From assembly GCA_964525635.1 (NCBI GenBank), contig CAZGJX010000082.1:1-21052 (forward strand): 21,052 nt of DNA. Reading direction: 5' to 3'. Numbering within the stretch: position 1 is the first letter of the stretch; every line of letters begins with the position of its first letter. Both the position numbers and the translations under genes were made by a program. The notes under the pieces were generated by a model. That model was not told the origin of the DNA and did no database searches. It saw only the letters and a list, made by a program, of their open reading frames with translations. Source of the DNA: an uncultured archaeon (GTDB taxonomy: Archaea; Asgardarchaeota; Lokiarchaeia; Sigyniarchaeales; SOKP01). Below, piece after piece: positions 14,562 to 21,052 of the stretch.

Positions 14562-15842
14562 TTAAGGAGAATTCTTATCATTTAATTTTTCCAATATTTC
14601 TTTAGCATAATCGATTCGAATTTTCTTATCTTTTACTAAAATATTTGCAACTTCCTCAACTAAATGATCTGGAACACCTGCTAATTTAGCTATATTTCTA
14701 GAATGTAATGCCATATGTCCTTTTTGAATTCCCTCAGATGCCAAAGCTCTTAATGCTGCTAGGTTCTGAGCTAAACCTAGTGCTGCAGTAACTTGACAAA
14801 GTTCTTCAGTATCTCTAGTGTTTAGAATTTTTAAAGCTAATTTTGCCATAGGATGGATTTTTGTCATACCCCCAATTATACCTAAAGCAAGAGGTAATTC
14901 TATTTCTCCTACCAAATTACCATTTTCATCTTTATGATATATTGTTAAAGGAGAATATTGACCTTTAAGAGAGGCATATGCATGAGCTCCCGATTCGATG
15001 GCTCGCGTGTCATTCCCTGTAGCCAAAGTGAGGGCTATGATTCCATTCATAATTCCTTTGTTATGAGTTGCGGCTCTATAAGGATCTACTCTGGCAAATT
15101 CATATGCATTTAAGATTGCATCTACAACCTCATCACCACCTAATAATTCTTTATCAAAAGTAGCTGTAGACCTAGCTAATCGATGGGTTGCTAAATTAGA
15201 GACAATTCTTAGGAGGATTTTTCCATTAGTCAAATCTTCTAAATAACAAGTAAGAGCTTCGGCCATTGTGTTTACAACATTAGCACCCATCGCATCCAAT
15301 ACATCCACTAATAAATGAACTATTAACATATTACCAAAATTAGTATTAAATTTGCGAATTTCTATATCAATTGCTCCACCTCCTAATTTAATCAGTAAAG
15401 GATCTTGTTGATTTGCAATCTCTAATATTTTTTGTTTATTTGATAAAATCTTTTTTTCTGCTTCATCCATTTTTTCTAAATTAGTAATTTGTATTTGAGA
15501 AATCATTACAGATTTTACTTTATCTGATTGAAATCCGCCATGTTTTCTGGCAATTCTTGCTGCATTTGAGGCAGCAGCTACGACTGAGGGTTCTTCAATC
15601 ACCATTGGAATTAAATAATCATTTCCATTTATTTTAAAATTACAAGCAATACCCAGGGGTAATTGATAACTTCCAATAACATTTTCAATCATAGTATCTA
15701 ACTGTTCTGGTTTAAAATATCCATATTTTTTCAATAAATCTAATTCATCTTCATTTAATCTTAACTGGTCAGCTATAATCTTTTGCCTTTCTTCAATAGG
15801 TAATTTATAAAAACCAGATATTTTAGAATTAATTTCTTTCAT
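14562..15842 (-). CDS. mvaA: Hydroxymethylglutaryl-CoA reductase, class II
   Basis: ENVIG, EEPSVVAAAS, DAMGAN, RAATHNKGIMNG and GIQKGHMALH motifs. Confidence 0.95.
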   Translation of the reverse strand: MKEINSKISGFYKLPIEERQKIIADQLRLNEDELDLLKKYGYFKPEQLDTMIENVIGSYQLPLGIACNFKINGNDYLIPMVIEEPSVVAAASNAARIARKHGGFQSDKVKSVMISQIQITNLEKMDEAEKKILSNKQKILEIANQQDPLLIKLGGGAIDIEIRKFNTNFGNMLIVHLLVDVLDAMGANVVNTMAEALTCYLEDLTNGKILLRIVSNLATHRLARSTATFDKELLGGDEVVDAILNAYEFARVDPYRAATHNKGIMNGIIALTLATGNDTRAIESGAHAYASLKGQYSPLTIYHKDENGNLVGEIELPLALGIIGGMTKIHPMAKLALKILNTRDTEELCQVTAALGLAQNLAALRALASEGIQKGHMALHSRNIAKLAGVPDHLVEEVANILVKDKKIRIDYAKEILEKLNDKNSP

Positions 15843-16023
15843 TTATAAAATCACTTAAAAAATATAAAAATAACAAAATCTCATTTTATATGCTTTAATT
15901 TTACTAAATAGTCAAAATTTTATAATTTTTACTGATAATAAAATTGAGGAATTCCTTTTACTTAATGAAATAAAAAATAATTTAAAGAAAAAAGTGATTA
16001 AAATTAATGTTAATTAAGTAAAA

Positions 16024-17652
16024 TTAATCAATAATATGATTTGCTTTTATATATAATGGAGCCCAATTAAGGTAACCTCTCTGAATAGAAGCTTCATCTC
16101 CCATTTCTATTCTACGGATTTCATATTCTAAATTACTTTGTTTACTAACATTATCTGCGACTCTTACTAATCCTTTGTTTAAAAAGCTATAATCAAATGA
16201 GTTAGCATGAATTGGATCAGATATTAATTTTGCATATAATGGGAAAAATCTTTCATGAAATCCTTTATGACCTTTTGGACAATAATTTAATCCTTCTATA
16301 TTTGGAATTATACAACCATCATCACAGAATCTAAGGAAAAAACCTCTATTATCATTCAATTCATGTTCTTCTACTTTTCCTACAATAAAATCAGGTTTAA
16401 TTGTACCTTTCTTTATTAATTCATATTCTTCAACACTTTTTCTTTCTTTATTATGTCGAATAAAATCATTAATCTGTGGTCCCTTTTTAACAATGTCTTT
16501 GAATCCATATTTAACTTTTAACAATCCAGAAATGCAAGTAGCTCCAGATCCATAAGATCCAAAATAAATAGAATCATTTTCTTTAGCGAAATTTTCAAGT
16601 ATATAGATTATTTGAGCCCATACTGAAGCATTATACATATTACCGAAATGCATTGGCACTGAAAGATGTGGTAATATTCTTCCTTTTACACTAGAAACAA
16701 CCCAATTGGAGAGTTTTTCTAATTTTTCCGAGGAAAATCCTCTTTCTTTAAGATTTAGATAAACATATTCTGGTAAAACACTAATATCTTTTAAGAAAGA
16801 ATCCAATTTCCTGAATATTGAAGATTTTATTTCTTTTGTATTTATATTCAATAAATTGTTAAGATTATTACTCCATCTTTTTTCAATTATCTGTTGTACA
16901 ACTTTTAAAGGCATTTTTGAGAATGGTGCATGAAAAGCATAATAATCGGCATAGACATTCCCTATATTTTGAATTAAATCATCATATGCATCTAATTGAA
17001 GCTTTAAGTAACTGTCTAAAGAATATTTTCCAAAAACTTGTGCATTTGTTTCATTAGCAGGTCTCCAAAAATCATTAATATTTGCAGATACTTTCCCAAA
17101 TTTTTCACCAAAAGTAGCAATCCGAGGATTTTTTGTAAGAACTAGAGCAACTGCTCCAGAGCCTTGTGTTGGTTCACTTGGACTTTCTAACGGATATGAT
17201 GAAATATCTGCACTGATCACTAAAGCTTTATTAATCACACCTTTATCTATTAAGGCAATTGCATTCAAAACAGCTAAAGTGCCTCCAGCACATGCGTTAT
17301 ATATATCTTGAGTCAAACAATTAGGTGAAACACCTAATAGTTCAGCAAAAATATTTGAAACAGATTTAACGGCATAGGTTATTGTTTCTGTACCTACAAA
17401 AATAGCATCAATTTCTTTAGGATCTATATTACCTCTAAGCAATGCATGATAACCTGCTTTTAGACCGATTGAGACAATATCTTCATCTACTTCGGCTAAT
17501 CGCATTTCTTTAAGCATTAAACCTACTTTGAATTTATTCGGATCAATATTTCTTGCTTTAGCTAGTTCTTCTATATTAACATAATACCGTGGAGCATTAA
17601 ACCCCATTGAATCTATTCCAATATCTGTGAATAAATAATCATTTCCTATCAT
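16024..17652 (-). CDS. mvaS: Hydroxymethylglutaryl-CoA synthase with internal insertion and C-terminal Zn-ribbon/DUF35-like extension
   Basis: E89 (GTET), C121 (NACAGG), EPTQGSGAVA, DFWRP, H241 (FHAPF), GNMY and SYGSG motifs. Adjacent to HMGR. Confidence 0.9.
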   Translation of the reverse strand: MIGNDYLFTDIGIDSMGFNAPRYYVNIEELAKARNIDPNKFKVGLMLKEMRLAEVDEDIVSIGLKAGYHALLRGNIDPKEIDAIFVGTETITYAVKSVSNIFAELLGVSPNCLTQDIYNACAGGTLAVLNAIALIDKGVINKALVISADISSYPLESPSEPTQGSGAVALVLTKNPRIATFGEKFGKVSANINDFWRPANETNAQVFGKYSLDSYLKLQLDAYDDLIQNIGNVYADYYAFHAPFSKMPLKVVQQIIEKRWSNNLNNLLNINTKEIKSSIFRKLDSFLKDISVLPEYVYLNLKERGFSSEKLEKLSNWVVSSVKGRILPHLSVPMHFGNMYNASVWAQIIYILENFAKENDSIYFGSYGSGATCISGLLKVKYGFKDIVKKGPQINDFIRHNKERKSVEEYELIKKGTIKPDFIVGKVEEHELNDNRGFFLRFCDDGCIIPNIEGLNYCPKGHKGFHERFFPLYAKLISDPIHANSFDYSFLNKGLVRVADNVSKQSNLEYEIRRIEMGDEASIQRGYLNWAPLYIKANHIID

Positions 17653-18102
17653 ATTGGTTCAGATTTTTTAAAATTAGAGTATTTTTTTTATATTTTGGTA
17701 TTTTTTTTTTAAAAAAGTTATAAATAAAGTCGATTGATCTAATAAAAACAGCTTCCTATTTAACTCTTATCTTAGCATTTTTTTCTCAACTATTCATATT
17801 GTTAAAAATATCATTAATAATATATGGTTTAGTAATAAAACGTAATTATCTTAATTCTAAAAATCATAAGAAGAAGCGTCTAAATACTAATACAGAGTCA
17901 AATATGAAAAATATTAAATTGTTGATTTATTTTTATTAATATATATTTGTATTAAATGATCAAATATTTTTTAGTTTAATTTATAAAATTGGGTTTTTTC
18001 ATAAATAAGTATATGTTTAATGAGAAATTAAGTTTTTATAGCAATAAAGATTTCTGAATTTAGAATAAAAAAAATAGTGAGCGAGAATATAAATTTTTTA
18101 TA

Positions 18103-18840
18103 ATGGCGAGCAAATTAGAAGAACTTAGTAAATTGGCTAGTAAATTATTACCTCAACATGTAGGAATAATTCCGGATGGAAATCGCAGATGGGCTATGTT
18201 AAATAAAGTCAATACTGAGATAGGACATCTCAAAGGTTATAATAGTTTAAAAAAAATATTATATAGTTTTTTTGATGCAGGAATTCAATATTTAACAGTT
18301 TATGCTCTTTCTTTAGAAAATGCATACAATAGACCAAAGGAAGAACTCAAATATATTTATAAAATCATTATCAAAGCAATTGATACAATTATTAAAGAAG
18401 AAGATACTGTAAAAAATGAAGTAAGATTTAGAGTTATTGGGAGATTATCATTGTTACCTGAAGAAGTAAGACAAAAGGTTAATGAATTACATGAATTTAC
18501 TAAGAAGTTTAATAAGAATTTTGTAAACCTACTTATAATGTATGATGGTCAAGCAGAAATTGCTGATGCTGTTAAAGAAATTGTCAGAAAAAAAATAAAT
18601 CCTGAAGATATTGATAGAAGTCTCATTAAACAATATTTATACACTTATGATTTCCCTGAAGTTGATTATATTATACGAACAGGAATGAATGATGGAGCAA
18701 GAATTTCTGGATTTTTACTCTGGGATGCTTCATATGCAGAATTTAAATTTCATAATGAATTATGGCCTGAATATAATGAAAGTCTCTTAATTGAAGATTT
18801 AGAGGATTATGTTCGGAGAAATAGAAGAAAAGGGGAATGA
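18103..18840 (+). CDS. uppS: cis-prenyltransferase (polyprenyl/undecaprenyl diphosphate synthase)
   Basis: HVGIIPDGNRRWA, YALSLEN, IIRTG, RISGFLLW and C-terminal RxG (RRKG). Confidence 0.93.
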   Translation: MASKLEELSKLASKLLPQHVGIIPDGNRRWAMLNKVNTEIGHLKGYNSLKKILYSFFDAGIQYLTVYALSLENAYNRPKEELKYIYKIIIKAIDTIIKEEDTVKNEVRFRVIGRLSLLPEEVRQKVNELHEFTKKFNKNFVNLLIMYDGQAEIADAVKEIVRKKINPEDIDRSLIKQYLYTYDFPEVDYIIRTGMNDGARISGFLLWDASYAEFKFHNELWPEYNESLLIEDLEDYVRRNRRKGE

Positions 18841-19129
18841 TTCATTCAATAATTATTAAGTAATATTATCATTTTTTTCTATTTTATATCAGATTGCCGA
18901 TAAATAGAGAAGTACTACTTTTCTCATATAAATATACTATTCTTCTCGATTATATCATAAATATCCTTAATAAATTTTTCTAATCCAAATTTTAACAAGA
19001 ATTATCTTTTTATAGAATTTTATATTAATCTTAATTAATAATAAGAAGGGTAGAATAGCCAAAAATAGCTTTATAATTTTTAGTATAAGATAATATTGTG
19101 TGAATAAATTTTACTAGGTTTTAATAAAA

Positions 19130-21052
19130 ATGAAATATAAAAGTAAATTACAAAAAGTTGTTTTCTTTCTATTTGTTTCTAGCCTCGTATTTACTATAAT
19201 TTTTTCAAATATATCAGAGACTCTTAATATATCAACAGATAAGATTAACAATGATAAAAATAGTATAAACACTTCTGCAAGCGTTTCTCTACTTTGGAGT
19301 TATACTTTATCAGATGAAATAGATTCTTCTCCAGCATTAGGTGATTTAAATAATGATGGAAACCTTGATGTTGTAGTTGGATGTGATGATGGTCATTTAT
19401 ATGCATTCAATGGTCAGAATGGAGATCTTTTATGGAGTGATTTTTGGGGAAATACTCGTATAAGTTCTTCTCCTGCTTTAGCAGATATAGATGGCGATGG
19501 AAATCTTGAAGTAATTGTTGGATCAGATGGTGCTGATATATTAGCATTTAATGGACAGGATGGTTCAGAAATTTGGGCTAAATTTATTAATGGAGCATAT
19601 TTTCCTGGTTCTCCTGCTATAGCTGATATTGATGGAGATGGATTGCTTGAAATCGTAATAGGTTCTGATAATTTATTTTTTGGTAGTATGATTTATGCTC
19701 TAAATGCTGAGGATGGTTCTACACTCTGGTCTTATTCTTGTGATTCTTCTGTATATAGTTCACCAGCTATAGGTGATATAAATAATGATGGAAATCTAGA
19801 AATAATTGTAGTTAAATCATCTGATAGGATTGAAGCATTAAATGGTACAGATGGTAGTTGGCTTTGGACCTATATGACATCACGTAGTATAGCAGCTTCT
19901 CCTTCATTAGGAGATGTCGATGGAGATGGAGTATTAGAAGTAATAGTAGGTTCTAGTTCTACTTCAGCATACTATAATTATATGTATGCAATTAATGGTG
20001 AAAATGCTGGGCAACGATGGAGATGCTCATATACTTCTGAGATAGATTCATCAGCAGGATTAGGTGATATTGATGGGGATGGAAAACTAGAAGTTGCTTT
20101 TGGAGATAATGATGGAATCATATATGCGTTAAATGGTGAAAGTGGAAGTCAGATATGGAGTTATTCTACTGGAAATAGCATTTTATCATCTCCAACCATG
20201 GCAGATATGGATAATAATAATTTAGTTGATATAATTGTTGGAAGTAGTGATAATAACGTTTATGCTTTAAACGGATTGGATGGAAGTGTTCTCTGGACTT
20301 ACCTAACTGGAGGCGTAGTAAGGTCCTCTCCTGTATGTGGTGATCTAGATGGTGATGGTATTCTTGAGGTTGTTGTAGGAAGTAGGGATAATACATTATA
20401 TGCATTAGATCCGACACCTTCAGGAGAAATAATATATTGGCAAGGACTATCAGGAGATAATTCATTTAGAAGATGTAAGAGTCAAGATAAATTTGATCCT
20501 GATTTTGATCTTCTTTCATATAAGAATGAAAATCTTTATGGAACTGATGAATTAAATTCTGATACAGATAGTGATGGAATGCCTGATGGTTGGGAGATTT
20601 ACAATTCATTAAATCCTCTTCTAAATGATGCAAATAATGATCCTGATGGTGATTCTCTTAATAATATTGGAGAATATAATTATAATTCGGATCCTAATAA
20701 TATTGATACTGATAATGATGGAATTACTGACGGTGTAGAGGTTAATACTTATAATACGGATCCCACTAATTCAGATACGGATTCTGATGATCTTTCTGAT
20801 CCTGATGAATTATTTACTCATGGTACTGATCCTCTTAATGATGATACAGATGGAGATAATCTTGATGATGGAGATGAAATTAATATTTATAGTACAGATC
20901 CTAATAATCCCGATTCAGATTCTGATGGATTAAATGATAGACAGGAAATTATTGATTATGGCACAAATCCTAATGATAGTGATTCTGATAATGATGATCT
21001 TACTGATTATGAAGAAGTAAATACATATAGTACAGATCCTAATGATAGTGAT
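19130..21052 (+). CDS. Secreted FG-GAP/PQQ-like 8-blade beta-propeller with thrombospondin type-3-like Ca-binding repeats (3' end outside window)
   Basis: ATG 19130, open for 641 codons to the window end. Signal MKYKSKLQKVVFFLFVSSLVFTIIF, eight SSPAxGDxDxDGxLEVVVG repeats, then at least eight DTDxDGLxDxxE...TDP repeats. Confidence 0.9.
   Translation, partial: MKYKSKLQKVVFFLFVSSLVFTIIFSNISETLNISTDKINNDKNSINTSASVSLLWSYTLSDEIDSSPALGDLNNDGNLDVVVGCDDGHLYAFNGQNGDLLWSDFWGNTRISSSPALADIDGDGNLEVIVGSDGADILAFNGQDGSEIWAKFINGAYFPGSPAIADIDGDGLLEIVIGSDNLFFGSMIYALNAEDGSTLWSYSCDSSVYSSPAIGDINNDGNLEIIVVKSSDRIEALNGTDGSWLWTYMTSRSIAASPSLGDVDGDGVLEVIVGSSSTSAYYNYMYAINGENAGQRWRCSYTSEIDSSAGLGDIDGDGKLEVAFGDNDGIIYALNGESGSQIWSYSTGNSILSSPTMADMDNNNLVDIIVGSSDNNVYALNGLDGSVLWTYLTGGVVRSSPVCGDLDGDGILEVVVGSRDNTLYALDPTPSGEIIYWQGLSGDNSFRRCKSQDKFDPDFDLLSYKNENLYGTDELNSDTDSDGMPDGWEIYNSLNPLLNDANNDPDGDSLNNIGEYNYNSDPNNIDTDNDGITDGVEVNTYNTDPTNSDTDSDDLSDPDELFTHGTDPLNDDTDGDNLDDGDEINIYSTDPNNPDSDSDGLNDRQEIIDYGTNPNDSDSDNDDLTDYEEVNTYSTDPNDSD
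20495..21052 (+). repeat. Coding tandem repeats of about 23 aa (TSP3-like)
   Basis: For example DTDNDGITDGVEVNTYNTDPTNS, DTDSDDLSDPDELFTHGTDPLND, DSDSDGLNDRQEIIDYGTNPNDS. Confidence 0.85.

Noticed and set aside
20166-20465. 99-aa minus-strand His/Tyr-rich ORF
   Set aside because: Antisense shadow of the Asp/Gly-rich propeller repeats.
20495-21052. CRISPR-like periodicity
   Set aside because: The repeats are degenerate codon-level protein repeats within an open frame, not identical repeats with spacers.
1-21052. Integrase, transposase, reverse transcriptase/DGR, rRNA or intact tRNA
   Set aside because: None is recognisable in the window, so mobility claims rest only on sequence scars.

Overview
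Very AT-rich archaeal DNA, most likely Lokiarchaeia/Asgard. This is inferred from GGAGGTG/GTGA ribosome-binding sites, oligo-T terminators, multi-wHTH regulators, NosD-type beta-helix proteins, an IPGY-TM C-terminal sorting signal and a longin-GTPase protein. From left to right: (1) two hairpins and an isolated tRNA 3'-end fragment; (2) an RHH/UPF0175 plus PIN (DUF3368-like) toxin-antitoxin pair flanked by imperfect direct repeats; (3) two paralogous wHTH regulators followed by two paralogous secreted beta-helix proteins, one with a TM helix and cytoplasmic tail, the other with two cadherin-like domains and a sorting motif; (4) a 9.5-14 kb zone of broken genes: an MCP fragment, a Zn-ribbon fragment, a longin/uDENN-small GTPase fusion split by an in-frame TAA, an uncalled coiled-coil gene also split by an in-frame TAA, and a frameshifted PPOX gene; (5) a DUF4375/DMP19 gene lying between HMG-CoA reductase and a decayed copy of the reductase 3' end; (6) an isoprenoid cluster of class II HMGR, HMG-CoA synthase with a DUF35-like C-terminal extension, and a divergent cis-prenyltransferase; (7) a secreted 8-blade FG-GAP propeller with thrombospondin-3-like repeats that runs off the window. 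All family calls come from motif recognition by eye; no searches were run.
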